From Frankiales bacterium (lineage in GTDB: Bacteria > Actinomycetota > Actinomycetes > Mycobacteriales > SCTD01), in NCBI GenBank assembly GCA_025965615.1, contig JAOPWP010000167.1:1-54693 (forward strand): DNA of 54,693 nucleotides, in the 5' to 3' direction. The stretch's first letter is position 1, and each line of letters begins with the position of its first letter. The notes beneath the pieces are model-generated. The model saw only the letters and a list, made by a program, of their open reading frames with translations. It ran no database searches and was not told the DNA's origin. The position numbers and the translations under genes were made by a program. Below are positions 44,095-54,100 of this stretch, piece by piece.

Positions 44095-45408
44095 ATGATC
44101 CGGCTCCTCGACCTGCGCGGCAGCGACATCGACGCGGGCGTCCACCTGCCCCGGGCGGCGCTCGACGTCGAGGCCGCGCTCGCCACGGTGCGCCCCCTGA
44201 TCGGCGAGGTCCGCGAAGGCGGGGCCGACGCCCTGCTGGCCCTCAGCGAGCGGTTCGACGGCGTACGCCCGCCGTCCCTGCGGGTCCCGACCGAGGCGCT
44301 GCAGCGAGCCCTCGACGAGCTCGACCCGGCGGTGCGGGACGCCCTCGACGAGTCGATCCGCCGGGCCCGGCTGGTGCACGCCGACCAGCGCCGCGAGGAA
44401 CACACCACCCGCCTGTCCGACGGCGGCACGGTCACGGCCCGCTGGCTGCCGGTCGACCGGGTCGGGCTCTACGTACCGGGGGGCCGGGCCGTCTACCCGA
44501 GCTCGGTGGTGATGAACGTCGTGCCGGCCCAGGAAGCCGGGGTCGGCTCGCTCGCGATCGCCTCGCCGCCGCAGCGCGACTTCGGCGGCCTGCCCCACCC
44601 GACCATCCTCGCGGCCGCGGCCCTGCTCGGTGTCGACGAGGTCTACGCGGTCGGTGGTGCGCAGGCGATCGCCATGTTCGCCTACGGCGTTCGGGACTCG
44701 AGCGGCGTGCTCGTCTGCCGCAAGGCCGACCTGGTGACCGGTCCGGGCAACATCTACGTGACCGCCGCCAAGCGCCTGCTCAAGGGCCTGATCGGCATCG
44801 ACAGCGAGGCCGGCCCCACCGAGATCGCCGTCCTGGCCGACGACACCGGAGACGCGTCGTTCATCGCCGCCGACCTGATCAGCCAGGCCGAGCACGACGT
44901 CATCGCTGCCTCCGTGCTCGTCACCGACAGCGAGCGGCTGGCGGACGAGGTCGTCCGGGAGCTCGAGCGCCAGGTGCCCGAGACCAAGCACTCCGGGCGC
45001 ATCCGCGAGGCCCTGGCCGGCGAGCAGTCCGCCGTGGTGCTCGTCGACGACCTCGAAGCCGGGCTGACCGTCGTGAACCTCTATGCCGCCGAGCACCTGG
45101 AGATCCACACCCGTGACGCCGCGGCCGTGGCTCGGCGGGTGCGCAACGCGGGTGCGATCTTCGTCGGGCCCTACGCGCCGGTGTCGCTCGGCGACTACTG
45201 CGCCGGGTCCAACCACGTCCTGCCCACCGGTGGCTGCGCCTGCCACTCGAGCGGGCTGTCGGTGCAGACCTTCCTGCGCGGCGTGCACCTCGTCGAGTAC
45301 GACGAGCCGGCCCTGCGCGAGGTGGCACACCACGTCGTCGCGCTGTCCCAGGCCGAGGACCTCCCGGCCCACGGGCAGGCGATCAGCGTCCGCTTCCCGA
45401 CAGGCTGA
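44095..45408 (+). CDS. hisD: Histidinol dehydrogenase
   Basis: [37 protein letters not shown] and HLE motifs. ATG at 44095 is preceded by GGAGG. Confidence 0.9.
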   Translation: MIRLLDLRGSDIDAGVHLPRAALDVEAALATVRPLIGEVREGGADALLALSERFDGVRPPSLRVPTEALQRALDELDPAVRDALDESIRRARLVHADQRREEHTTRLSDGGTVTARWLPVDRVGLYVPGGRAVYPSSVVMNVVPAQEAGVGSLAIASPPQRDFGGLPHPTILAAAALLGVDEVYAVGGAQAIAMFAYGVRDSSGVLVCRKADLVTGPGNIYVTAAKRLLKGLIGIDSEAGPTEIAVLADDTGDASFIAADLISQAEHDVIAASVLVTDSERLADEVVRELERQVPETKHSGRIREALAGEQSAVVLVDDLEAGLTVVNLYAAEHLEIHTRDAAAVARRVRNAGAIFVGPYAPVSLGDYCAGSNHVLPTGGCACHSSGLSVQTFLRGVHLVEYDEPALREVAHHVVALSQAEDLPAHGQAISVRFPTG

Positions 45409-45428
45409 CCTGCGCCGAGGTCAGGACG

Positions 45429-47450
45429 TCAGGACGTCAGGTCCAGCTCGGCCCAGACCAGCTTGCCGAGACCGTCGGACTGGTCGACCCCCCACCGGTC
45501 GGCCAGCTCCTGCACGAGCAGGAGCCCTCGCCCGCTGGTGGCGTCGGCGTCGACCTCGCCGTGCTGCAGGACCGGCATGCGGTGGCTCGTGTCGGCGACC
45601 TCGATGCGCACGGCGGCGGGACCGAGGAGCAGGACGATGTCGACCGGGTCCTCGCTCTGCCGGGCTGCGTTGCTCATCAGCTCGCTGACGACCAGCTCGG
45701 CGGTCTGCACGGTCTCGGCGTCGACGTCCCAGGCGGCGAGCAGCTGGCGGGTGGACCTGCGGGCCAGGAACACCGACGCGGACGTCGGCGGCATGCGACG
45801 GGTGAAGCGGCGGTCCTCGCCGGGCGGGGCGGTGAGCCGGCCGACCAGGAGGGCGACGTCGTCGCCGCTGGACCGGCTCCGCTGGTCGAGCAGGGCGTCC
45901 GCGACAGCATCAGCCGATCCGGCTCGTGAGGCGATGAGGGTCTCACGCACCCGGGCGAGACCGACGTCGATGTCCTCGTCCCTGGTCTCGACGAGTCCGT
46001 CGGTGAAGGCGACGAGCACCCCCTCGGCGGGCAGCTGGCTCGTCGTCTCGGACCACAGCGCACCAGAGGCGAAGACCCCCAAGGGCGGGCCGACGTCGGA
46101 GGGCACCTCGACGTGCGTGCCGTCCGGCGCCACGACCTGCAGGGGCAGGTGCCCGGCGCTGACCGCGATGATCAGCCGCTCCAGGGGGTGGACCGAGAAG
46201 TAGGTCAGCGTGACCAGGCGCCCGAGACCGACGTCGGAGACGAACTGGTTGGCCAGCTTGAGCACGATCGAGGGCGGGTGCCCCTCGGCCGCGTAGGCCC
46301 GCACGGCGCTCCGGACCAGGCCCATGCAGGCGGCGGCCTCGACGTCGTGCCCCTCGACGTCGCCCATGACCAGGCCGACGGCGCCACCCTCGAGCGGCAC
46401 GACGTCGTACCAGTCGCCTCCCACCTCGACGGCGGCGTCCCCGGCGGCGTAGCGGACGGCGATGTCCAGTCCGGGTACGGACTGGAGGTTGCGCGGGAGC
46501 AGGCTGCGCTGCAGCTGGGCCATCGCACGGCGCTCGACGTCGAGCAGGCGCGCTCGCAGGAGCGCCTGGGACACCATCGCGGCGGCGGTGACGAGGAAGC
46601 GCCGGTCGCCCTCGTCGAGCAGCCGGTCCTCGGGGAACAGGAGCGCCCAGGCGCCGAGGCGCACGCCCGCGCTCACGAGCGGCAGCGACGCCACCGGGCC
46701 GCAGCCGAGTCGCTCGAGCTCGGCTGCGATCAGCGGGAACCGGACGGTGGCGTCCTCGCGGTCGCGCACGAACACCGGCTCGCCCGTGCGGTGGGCCGTC
46801 GTGCTGGGCGTCGGCGCGTCGGCGGCGAACTGGTCCCAGCCGCTCACCCCGCCGGCCCAGCCGAGGGCGCGCATGAGGCTGCGCTCGTCGTCGGCGAGGA
46901 TGATCGAGCCGGCCAGCGCACCGACCAGGTGATGGACGTGCACGCGGAGTACCTCGTTGACGTCCTCGAGCGTCACAGCGCCCGCCAGGGCCTCTCCCGC
47001 CTGGGCGAGGTGCTCAGCGCGGCTGACCTCCGACATGCGGTCGGTGATGTCGAGGACGTAGACCACCAGGCCGTCGGCGACGGGCAGCGCGTGCTGCTCG
47101 TACCACCGGTCGGCGGTGTCGAAGGACCAGACGAACCGCTCCCGCGTCCGCTGCGACATCGCCCGCTCCATCACGGCGTACTGCGCCGTGCCCACCACCG
47201 CGGGGAACAGGTCCCAGACGTGGGAGCCGACGCACTCCGCCGTCGTGCGGCCGATGATGACCGCGGCGGCCGGTGACACGTAGCGGTAGCGCCAGTCGGG
47301 TCCGATGACGGTCACGGCGTCACCGAGCAGGCCGAGCAGTTCGGGACCGAGATAGGAGCCGAGTCCGGCATCGCCTTCTGCCGCCGGCGCCGGACCGTCG
47401 CCGGAGGCGGGCCGGGGTGGCGGGACCCCGATCGCCCCGACACCCGTCAT
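45429..47450 (-). CDS. PAS-GAF-PP2C(SpoIIE)-HATPase_c hybrid sensor (phosphatase fused to RsbW-like anti-sigma kinase domain)
   Basis: PAS region (VIGPDWRYRYVSPAAAVIIGRT). GAF-like region. PP2C motifs (VGGDWYDV, VMGDVEGHDVEAA, VAFTDGLVE, DDVALLVGRL). C-terminal HATPase (VVSELMSNAARQS...GRGLLLVQELADRWG). The start is taken as the ATG at 47450; an alternative is at 47531. Confidence 0.85.
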   Translation of the reverse strand: MTGVGAIGVPPPRPASGDGPAPAAEGDAGLGSYLGPELLGLLGDAVTVIGPDWRYRYVSPAAAVIIGRTTAECVGSHVWDLFPAVVGTAQYAVMERAMSQRTRERFVWSFDTADRWYEQHALPVADGLVVYVLDITDRMSEVSRAEHLAQAGEALAGAVTLEDVNEVLRVHVHHLVGALAGSIILADDERSLMRALGWAGGVSGWDQFAADAPTPSTTAHRTGEPVFVRDREDATVRFPLIAAELERLGCGPVASLPLVSAGVRLGAWALLFPEDRLLDEGDRRFLVTAAAMVSQALLRARLLDVERRAMAQLQRSLLPRNLQSVPGLDIAVRYAAGDAAVEVGGDWYDVVPLEGGAVGLVMGDVEGHDVEAAACMGLVRSAVRAYAAEGHPPSIVLKLANQFVSDVGLGRLVTLTYFSVHPLERLIIAVSAGHLPLQVVAPDGTHVEVPSDVGPPLGVFASGALWSETTSQLPAEGVLVAFTDGLVETRDEDIDVGLARVRETLIASRAGSADAVADALLDQRSRSSGDDVALLVGRLTAPPGEDRRFTRRMPPTSASVFLARRSTRQLLAAWDVDAETVQTAELVVSELMSNAARQSEDPVDIVLLLGPAAVRIEVADTSHRMPVLQHGEVDADATSGRGLLLVQELADRWGVDQSDGLGKLVWAELDLTS

Positions 47451-47569
47451 GGCGCAACCGTAGGCCCGGGAGCGCCTCCGCGGGCCGCAACCGCCTACCT
47501 CACGCTGGCCCCGGGGACGTACGGTCGTCACGGCACCTCGACGCGGGGGCCGGATGGACGGGGGACGCC

Positions 47570-48322
47570 GTGGGACGGCTCGAGGGCCAGGTCGCGATCG
47601 TCACGGGGGCCGGGAGCGGCATCGGCCGGGCGACCGCCATGGCGTTCGTCGACGAGGGCTGTCGCGTCGCGCTCGTCGGCCGGCGGCCCGAGCCCCTCGG
47701 GGAGCTGGCCGAGGAGCTCGAGGAGCACGGGGGTGACGTCCTGCTCTGCCCGGCAGACGTCACGGACCGCGCCGCCGTCGAGGTGCTGGTCGATCGCGTC
47801 GTCTCGACCTGGGGCCGGATCGACGTGCTGGTCAACAACGCGGGCTCCAACGTGCGGCGTCGCAAGGTCGAGGAGGTGTCCGAACAGGACTGGGACGCCG
47901 TGCTCCGGGTCAACCTGACCGGGACGTTCCTGGTCACGCAGGCCGTCCTGCCCCACATGCGCGCCCAGGGGTCGGGGACCGTGCTCAACGTGTCGTCCAT
48001 GGCCGGGCACCGGGCGAGTGCCCTGACCGGACCGGCCTACAGCGCGGCCAAGGCCGGCGTCATCTCCTTCACCGACTCGCTGAACCTGACCGAACGGGTG
48101 CACGGCGTACGCGCGTGCGCGGTCTGCCCGGGTGAGGTCGCCACGCCCATCCTCGACCTGCGTCCGCAGCCGCCCTCCGCCGAGGCGCGGGCCGCCATGC
48201 TGCAGCCGGAGGACCTGGCCCAGACCCTGCTCCACGTCGCTTCGCTGCCGCAGCGGGCCACGATCGAGCTGCTCACGATCTACCCGACGGTGCAGCGGGA
48301 CTGGACGGCCGAGTCGTCCTGA
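47570..48322 (+). CDS. Short-chain dehydrogenase/reductase (SDR)
   Basis: TGAGSGIGRA, NNAG and YSAAK motifs. A GTG start at 47570 is assumed; the track ORF begins at 47417. Confidence 0.85.
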   Translation: MGRLEGQVAIVTGAGSGIGRATAMAFVDEGCRVALVGRRPEPLGELAEELEEHGGDVLLCPADVTDRAAVEVLVDRVVSTWGRIDVLVNNAGSNVRRRKVEEVSEQDWDAVLRVNLTGTFLVTQAVLPHMRAQGSGTVLNVSSMAGHRASALTGPAYSAAKAGVISFTDSLNLTERVHGVRACAVCPGEVATPILDLRPQPPSAEARAAMLQPEDLAQTLLHVASLPQRATIELLTIYPTVQRDWTAESS

Positions 48323-48331
48323 ACGGCGCGT

Positions 48332-48910
48332 TCAGGACGGGCGCGGCAGCCGCCCCATCAGGAAGAACTCCTCGTTCGGGACCAGGCCCATGACGTGCGC
48401 CATGCGGTTGGACATCGCGAAGAACGCCGTGACGGCAGCGATGTCCCAGATCGCCTCGTCGTCGAAGCCGTGCTCGCGCAGTGCCGCGAGGTCGTGCTCC
48501 TCGACCCGCTCCGGGGTGAGCGACACCTGCAGGGCGAAGTCGAGCATCGCCCGCTGACGGGGCGTGATCGGCGCGTGCCGGTGGTTGGTCGCGATGAGGT
48601 CGGCCAGGAGCGGCTCCTTCGACCGGACCCGCAGGATCGCGCCGTGCGCCACCACGCAGTAGGTGCAGTCGCGAGCCGCGCTCGTCGCGACGACGATCAT
48701 CTCCCGCTCGGCCCGGGTGATGCCGACGTCGGAGTCCATCAGCGCGTCGTGGTAGGCGAGGAACGCCCGGAGTTCAGCCGGCCGGTGCGCCATCGCGAGG
48801 AAGACGTTGGGCACGAAGCCGGACTTCTCCTGCACCGTCAGGATGCGCTCCCGCAGGTCCTCGGGGAGGTCGACGACGTCGGGCACGGGGAAGCGCGAGA
48901 TCGGGGACAT
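48332..48910 (-). CDS. AhpD-like / carboxymuconolactone decarboxylase-family peroxidase-related protein
   Basis: CTYCVVAH motif inside a CMD-type helical domain, and N-terminal PDVVDLPEDLRERI typical of the peroxidase-related subfamily. Confidence 0.8.
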   Translation of the reverse strand: MSPISRFPVPDVVDLPEDLRERILTVQEKSGFVPNVFLAMAHRPAELRAFLAYHDALMDSDVGITRAEREMIVVATSAARDCTYCVVAHGAILRVRSKEPLLADLIATNHRHAPITPRQRAMLDFALQVSLTPERVEEHDLAALREHGFDDEAIWDIAAVTAFFAMSNRMAHVMGLVPNEEFFLMGRLPRPS

Positions 48911-48942
48911 GCGCTGATCCTGCCCTCAGGACGCGCCGCGCG

Positions 48943-49518
48943 TCACGGGCGGGCCAGCGCGCGCAGCGCCATGCTGCTGAGCTGCCGCCGGGCCTCGGCC
49001 CGTCCGCGGGCGCTGTGCGGGGTCGAGTTGAGCAGTCCGAACACGGCGTGCGCGCGCAACCGGGCCACCTCGACCGGGAGCGAGCCGTCGAGCCGGCACA
49101 GCACCCCCGTCCACAGCTCGACGTAGGTCCGCTGGAGGCGGCGCACCACGGCCCGGTCGGCGTCGGGCAGCGATGACAGGTCGCGGTCCTGGACCCGGAT
49201 GACGTCCGGCTCGGCGAGCGCGAAGTCGGTGTGGAACGCGACCAGCTGCTCGAGCGCAGACACGTCGTCGGGTGCCTCGTCGACCACGGCCCTTCCTCCG
49301 TCGACCAGCTGCTGGCTGATGTCGCTGAGCAGCCGGGCCAGCAGGGCGTCCTTGCTGGGGAAGTGCTTGTAGACGGCCGGACCGCTGATGCCGCAGGCGG
49401 TGCCGATGTCGTTGACCGACGTGCCGCGGAAGCCCTGGGCGGCGAACAACCGCGCGGCCTCGCGCAGCATGACGTCACGGGTCCGGGGAGCCTCCGTCAC
49501 GGATCCTCCTCTGGACAT
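48943..49518 (-). CDS. TetR-family transcriptional regulator (liu-cluster regulator by context)
   Basis: HTH TSVNDIGTACGISGPAVYKHFPSKDALL. It is divergent from the carboxylase genes. Confidence 0.85.
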   Translation of the reverse strand: MSRGGSVTEAPRTRDVMLREAARLFAAQGFRGTSVNDIGTACGISGPAVYKHFPSKDALLARLLSDISQQLVDGGRAVVDEAPDDVSALEQLVAFHTDFALAEPDVIRVQDRDLSSLPDADRAVVRRLQRTYVELWTGVLCRLDGSLPVEVARLRAHAVFGLLNSTPHSARGRAEARRQLSSMALRALARP

Positions 49519-49535
49519 CTGAGGGAAACCGAATC

Positions 49536-49553
49536 TAACCTGGAAGCAGGTTA
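49536..49553. promoter_or_regulatory. Perfect inverted repeat TAACCTG-GAAG-CAGGTTA, with an extra half-site CTAACCAGG at 49561-49569
   Basis: Read directly in the 58-bp divergent region between the TetR start (49518) and the carboxyltransferase start (49577). It is a candidate TetR operator. Confidence 0.45.
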
Positions 49554-49576
49554 CTGACCACTAACCAGGGAGCGTT

Positions 49577-51160
49577 GTGGACGAAGCCCAGCTGCGTTCG
49601 CACGTCGACCCCTCAGGCGAGGCCTTCGCGCACAACACCCACGTGCAGCGGGGCCTCGCCACCGAGCTTCGAGAGCGGCTGGACACCGTCCGGCGCGGCG
49701 GTTCCGAGTCCTCGCGCCAGCGTCACGTCGCCCGCGGCAAGCTCCTGCCGCGCGAGCGGGTCGATGCCCTGCTCGACCCGGGAAGCCCGTTCCTCGAGCT
49801 CTCGGCTCTCGCGGCCCACGGGCTGTACGGGGACGTGGCCCCAGGCGCCGGGATCATCACCGGCGTCGGTCGCGTGTCGGGGCGTGAGTGCGTGGTGGTC
49901 GCGAACGACGCCACCGTCAAGGGCGGCACCTATTACCCGATGACCGTCAAGAAGCACCTGCGTGCGCAGGAGGTGGCGCTGCACAACAACCTGCCGTGCG
50001 TCTACCTCGTCGACTCCGGCGGCGCGTTCCTCCCGCAGCAGGACGAGGTGTTCCCCGACCGCGAGCACTTCGGCCGCATCTTCTACAACCAGGCGACGAT
50101 GAGCGCGAAGGGCATCGCCCAGATCGCGGCGGTGCTCGGGAGCTGCACGGCCGGCGGCGCCTACGTCCCGGCGATGGCCGACGAGGCCGTCATCGTGAAG
50201 GACCAGGGCACGATCTTCCTCGGTGGTCCGCCGCTGGTGAAGGCGGCGACGGGTGAGGTCGTCACTGCCGAGGACCTCGGCGGAGGTGCCCTCCACTCGC
50301 GTACCTCCGGCGTCACCGACCACCTGGCCGACGACGACCTGCACGCCCTGCGCATCGTCCGCCGGATCGTGGCGACGCTCGGCCCGCGCGCCCCGGCCCC
50401 GTGGGAGCGGCTGCCGGTCGAGGAGCCGGCCGTCGACCCGAGCGAGCTCTACGGCGTCGTGCCCGCGGACCCGCGCACCCCGTACGACGTCCGCGAGGTC
50501 ATCGCCCGCCTGGTCGACGGGAGCCGGTTCGCCGAGTTCAAGGCGGAGTACGGCGCGACGCTGGTCACCGGGTTCGCGCACGTGCACGGGCACCCGGTCG
50601 GGATCGTCGCCAACAACGGCGTGCTGTTCAGCGAGTCGGCGGTGAAGGGCGCGCACTTCATCGAGCTGTGCGACCAGCGCTCCATCCCGTTGCTGTTCCT
50701 GCAGAACATCACCGGCTTCATGGTCGGCCGGGAGTACGAAGCGGGCGGGATCGCCAAGCACGGCGCCAAGATGGTGACCGCCGTCGCCTGCGCCCGCGTG
50801 CCGAAGCTGACCGTCGTGATCGGCGGCTCCTTCGGGGCCGGCAACTACTCGATGTGCGGCCGGGCGTACTCGCCGCGCTTCCTGTGGATGTGGCCGGGCG
50901 CCCGCATCTCGGTCATGGGTGGCGATCAGGCGGCCGGTGTGCTCGCGGCGGTGGCGAAGGAGGGCACCGACCTGGAGGCCATGCAGGCACAGGTCCGCGA
51001 GCAGTACGAGACGCAGGGCAGCGCCTACTACGCGACCGCCCGGCTCTGGGACGACGGCATCCTGGACCCGCTCGACACCCGTACTGCCGTCGGACTGGCG
51101 CTGTCCGCCTGCGCGAACGCCCCGCTCGCGCCGGTCTCCTACGGCGTCTTCCGAATGTGA
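49577..51160 (+). CDS. mccB: Methylcrotonoyl-CoA carboxylase beta subunit (acyl-CoA carboxyltransferase)
   Basis: Carboxyltransferase motifs ([47 protein letters not shown]). GTG is preceded by AGGGAG. The MCC assignment rests on the adjacent HMG-CoA lyase and acyl-CoA dehydrogenase. Confidence 0.85.
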   Translation: MDEAQLRSHVDPSGEAFAHNTHVQRGLATELRERLDTVRRGGSESSRQRHVARGKLLPRERVDALLDPGSPFLELSALAAHGLYGDVAPGAGIITGVGRVSGRECVVVANDATVKGGTYYPMTVKKHLRAQEVALHNNLPCVYLVDSGGAFLPQQDEVFPDREHFGRIFYNQATMSAKGIAQIAAVLGSCTAGGAYVPAMADEAVIVKDQGTIFLGGPPLVKAATGEVVTAEDLGGGALHSRTSGVTDHLADDDLHALRIVRRIVATLGPRAPAPWERLPVEEPAVDPSELYGVVPADPRTPYDVREVIARLVDGSRFAEFKAEYGATLVTGFAHVHGHPVGIVANNGVLFSESAVKGAHFIELCDQRSIPLLFLQNITGFMVGREYEAGGIAKHGAKMVTAVACARVPKLTVVIGGSFGAGNYSMCGRAYSPRFLWMWPGARISVMGGDQAAGVLAAVAKEGTDLEAMQAQVREQYETQGSAYYATARLWDDGILDPLDTRTAVGLALSACANAPLAPVSYGVFRM

Positions 51161-51179
51161 CGGGCAGGAGCGTGACCGC

Positions 51180-53159
51180 GTGTTCGACACCGTCCTGATC
51201 GCCAACCGCGGCGAGATCGCGGTGCGGATCACGCGCACGCTGCGCGCGATGGGCATCCGCTCGGTCGCCGTCTACAGCGACGCCGACGCGGGAGCCCGCC
51301 ACGTTCACGAGGCAGACGTGGCGGTACGGCTCGGACCCGCCCGGGCTGCCGAGAGCTACCTGTCGGTGGAGCGCCTGCTCGAGGCCGCTGCCCTGACCGG
51401 TGCTCAGGCGGTCCACCCGGGCTACGGCTTCCTGGCCGAGAACGCCGCCTTCGCGCAGGCCTGCGCCGCGGCCGGCCTGGTCTTCGTCGGCCCGCCGGTC
51501 CATGCGGTCGAGGTCATGGGCGACAAGATCCGGGCGAAGCAGACGGTCGGCGCGGCGGGCGTGCCGGTCGTCCCCGGTCGGTCCGGGCCCGGCATGACCG
51601 ACGCCGACTTGCTGGCCGCCGCCGACGAGGTCGGCTACCCGGTGCTGGTGAAGCCGTCGGCCGGCGGGGGTGGCAAGGGCATGCGCTTCGTGACCGAGCC
51701 GTCCGCGCTGGCCGAGGCGCTCGTCTCCGCCCGGCGCGAGGCGGCCGCGTCCTTCGGCGACGACACGCTGTTCCTCGAGCGCTTCGTGACCCGGCCCCGC
51801 CACATCGAGGTGCAGGTGCTCGCCGACGCGCACGGCACCACGCTTCACCTCGGGGAGCGCGAGTGCAGCCTCCAGCGCCGCCACCAGAAGGTCGTCGAGG
51901 AGGCGCCGTCGGTGCTCCTCACCGCCGGCCAGCGGGCCCGCTACGGCGCGCTCGCCGTGGCGACGGCCGAGGCGGTCGGCTACACCGGCGCGGGCACGGT
52001 CGAGTTCATCGTGCCGGCCGACTCCGCCGACCAGCCGTTCTTCATGGAGATGAACACCCGCCTGCAGGTCGAGCACCCGGTGACCGAGCTGGTCACCGGA
52101 GTCGACCTGGTGGAGCAGCAGCTGCGGGTCGCCGCCGGGGAGGCGCTCTCCTTCGCCCAGGACGACGTGCGCCTGACCGGCCACGCGGTCGAGGTGCGCA
52201 TCTACGCCGAGGACCCCGCACGCGGCTTCCTCCCGACCGGCGGGCCGGCGCTGCTGGTGCGCGAACCGGCGGAGGACGGCGTACGGGTCGACAGCGCCCT
52301 GCTCGAGGGCGCGCGCGTGGGCACGACGTACGACCCGATGCTCAGCAAGGTGATCGCCTGGGGGCCGGACCGCGCCACCGCGCTGGCCAAGCTCGACCGG
52401 GCGCTCGCCTCGAACGTGGTGCTCGGCGTCGGCACGAACACGGCGTTTCTGCGCGCGCTGCTGCGCCACCCCGAGGTCCGGGCAGGCCGGCTCGACACCG
52501 GACTGGTCGAGCGCGAGCTGGACTGCCTGGTGGCGCAGCACGTGCCGCCGAGCGTGCACGTCGCGTACGCCCTCGCCCGCCTGCTCGCGCTCGACACCGG
52601 GGACGACGACCCCTGGGCGACCACCTCCGGGTGGCGGGCGAGCGGCGCCGCCGAGACCTCCTGGCTCGTCGCCGGCCCGGACGGCGAACCGCTCCGGATC
52701 GCTGTCACCGGTCCCCCGTCCGCCGCCCGGGTGCGCATCGCCGACGCCGAACCGGTGGCTGCATCGGCGACCCGGAGCCCTGACGGCATGCAGCTCACGG
52801 ACGCGGGCGGGACGCGCACCGCCCTCACCGCGGCCGACGGTGCCACCACCTGGCTCCACCTCGACGGCGCGACCTGGGCCGTGACCGAGCTGCCTCCGGT
52901 GCGCCTGCACGACGGCCCCGGTGCGCACGACGGCGACGTGCGCAGCCCGATGCCGGGCGCTGTCATCGCGGTGGGCGTGGCGTCCGGCGACGAGGTGGAG
53001 GAGGGTCAGGTCCTGATCGTGGTGGAGGCGATGAAGATGGAGCACGCGCTGAGCGCGCCGTTCGCCGGGACGGTGGGCCTCGACGTGCGCACCGGGGACC
53101 AGGTCGTCGTCGACCAGGTGCTCGCGACCGTCGTCCCCCCGGCAGCGAGCGAGCCGTGA
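51180..53159 (+). CDS. mccA: Methylcrotonoyl-CoA carboxylase alpha subunit (biotin carboxylase plus BCCP)
   Basis: [15 protein letters not shown]-grasp [17 protein letters not shown], and biotinylation motif EAMKMEH. GTG at 51180 is preceded by GGCAGGAG. It was extracted from track ORF 50919..53159. Confidence 0.9.
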   Translation: MFDTVLIANRGEIAVRITRTLRAMGIRSVAVYSDADAGARHVHEADVAVRLGPARAAESYLSVERLLEAAALTGAQAVHPGYGFLAENAAFAQACAAAGLVFVGPPVHAVEVMGDKIRAKQTVGAAGVPVVPGRSGPGMTDADLLAAADEVGYPVLVKPSAGGGGKGMRFVTEPSALAEALVSARREAAASFGDDTLFLERFVTRPRHIEVQVLADAHGTTLHLGERECSLQRRHQKVVEEAPSVLLTAGQRARYGALAVATAEAVGYTGAGTVEFIVPADSADQPFFMEMNTRLQVEHPVTELVTGVDLVEQQLRVAAGEALSFAQDDVRLTGHAVEVRIYAEDPARGFLPTGGPALLVREPAEDGVRVDSALLEGARVGTTYDPMLSKVIAWGPDRATALAKLDRALASNVVLGVGTNTAFLRALLRHPEVRAGRLDTGLVERELDCLVAQHVPPSVHVAYALARLLALDTGDDDPWATTSGWRASGAAETSWLVAGPDGEPLRIAVTGPPSAARVRIADAEPVAASATRSPDGMQLTDAGGTRTALTAADGATTWLHLDGATWAVTELPPVRLHDGPGAHDGDVRSPMPGAVIAVGVASGDEVEEGQVLIVVEAMKMEHALSAPFAGTVGLDVRTGDQVVVDQVLATVVPPAASEP

Positions 53160-54100
53160 GCACCCCGCTCGCCGGGCTGCCCACCCGCGTCGAGGTCTAC
53201 GAGGTCGGCCCGCGCGACGGGCTGCAGAACGAGAAGGCGGTCATCCCCGTCGGTGTGAAGGCGGACTTCGTACGGCGGCTGCTCGCCGCCGGGCTCTCCA
53301 CCATCGAGCTGACCTCCTTCGTCCCGGCGAAGTGGGTGCCGCAGCTGGCCGACGCCGAGGAGCTGCTCGAGCTGCTCGGCCCGCTTCCCGGACGCCACCC
53401 GGTGCTCGTCCCGACCGACCGGGGGCTCGACCGCGCCCTCGAGGCGGGGGTCAGGGAGGTCGCCGTCTTCGCCTCCGCCACCGAGACGTTCGCGCAGAAG
53501 AACCTCAACCGCACGGTGGCCGCGTCGCTCGACATGTTCGCCCCCGTCGTGGCGCGAGCCCGGGGTGAGGGCCTGGCCGTGCGCGGCTACGTCTCGATGT
53601 GCTTCGGCGACCCGTGGGAGGGCGAGGTGCCGCTGGGCCAGGTGGCCGAGGTCGCCGTGCGCCTGCACGAGATGGGCTGCACGGAGGTCTGCCTCGGGGA
53701 CACCATCGGTGTCGGGACCCCCGGTCAGGTGCACTCCCTGCTCGGCCTGCTGGCCGACCGGGGCCTGCCGGTCCCGGAACTCGCGGTGCACTTCCACGAC
53801 ACCTACGGCCAGGCCCTCGCCAACACCCTCGTCGCGCTGCAGTCCGGCGTCACCACCGTCGACGCCAGCACCGGAGGGCTCGGCGGCTGCCCGTACGCCC
53901 GCAGTGCCACCGGCAACCTCGCCACCGAGGACCTCGTCTGGATGCTGCACGGCCTCGGCATCCAGACCGGCGTCGACCTGACTGCCCTGACCGCCGCGAG
54001 CCTGTGGATGGCCGGCCAGCTCGGCCGGCCCAGCCCGTCCCGCACCCTCACCGCACTCGCACCCGCCCAGGAGGGCATCGCATGCTCGACACCCGGCTGA
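53156..54100 (+). CDS. hmgL: Hydroxymethylglutaryl-CoA lyase
   Basis: [23 protein letters not shown] and GLGGCPYA motifs. The GTG overlaps the mccA stop (GTGA). Confidence 0.9.
   Translation: MSTPLAGLPTRVEVYEVGPRDGLQNEKAVIPVGVKADFVRRLLAAGLSTIELTSFVPAKWVPQLADAEELLELLGPLPGRHPVLVPTDRGLDRALEAGVREVAVFASATETFAQKNLNRTVAASLDMFAPVVARARGEGLAVRGYVSMCFGDPWEGEVPLGQVAEVAVRLHEMGCTEVCLGDTIGVGTPGQVHSLLGLLADRGLPVPELAVHFHDTYGQALANTLVALQSGVTTVDASTGGLGGCPYARSATGNLATEDLVWMLHGLGIQTGVDLTALTAASLWMAGQLGRPSPSRTLTALAPAQEGIACSTPG

Noticed and set aside
45421-45444. Tandem octamer CAGGACGT x2 (TCAGGACGTCAGGACGTCAGGTCC) between hisD and the sensor gene
   Set aside because: There are only two copies, and they span the sensor gene's stop codon. 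It looks like a trivial local duplication rather than a functional repeat or CRISPR-like element.
50913-53045. 710-aa minus-strand ORF, with others at 49613..51256 and 53006..53950, antisense to the carboxylase and lyase genes
   Set aside because: The plus-strand products carry unmistakable biotin carboxylase, carboxyltransferase and HMG-CoA lyase motifs. The antisense translations are low-complexity.
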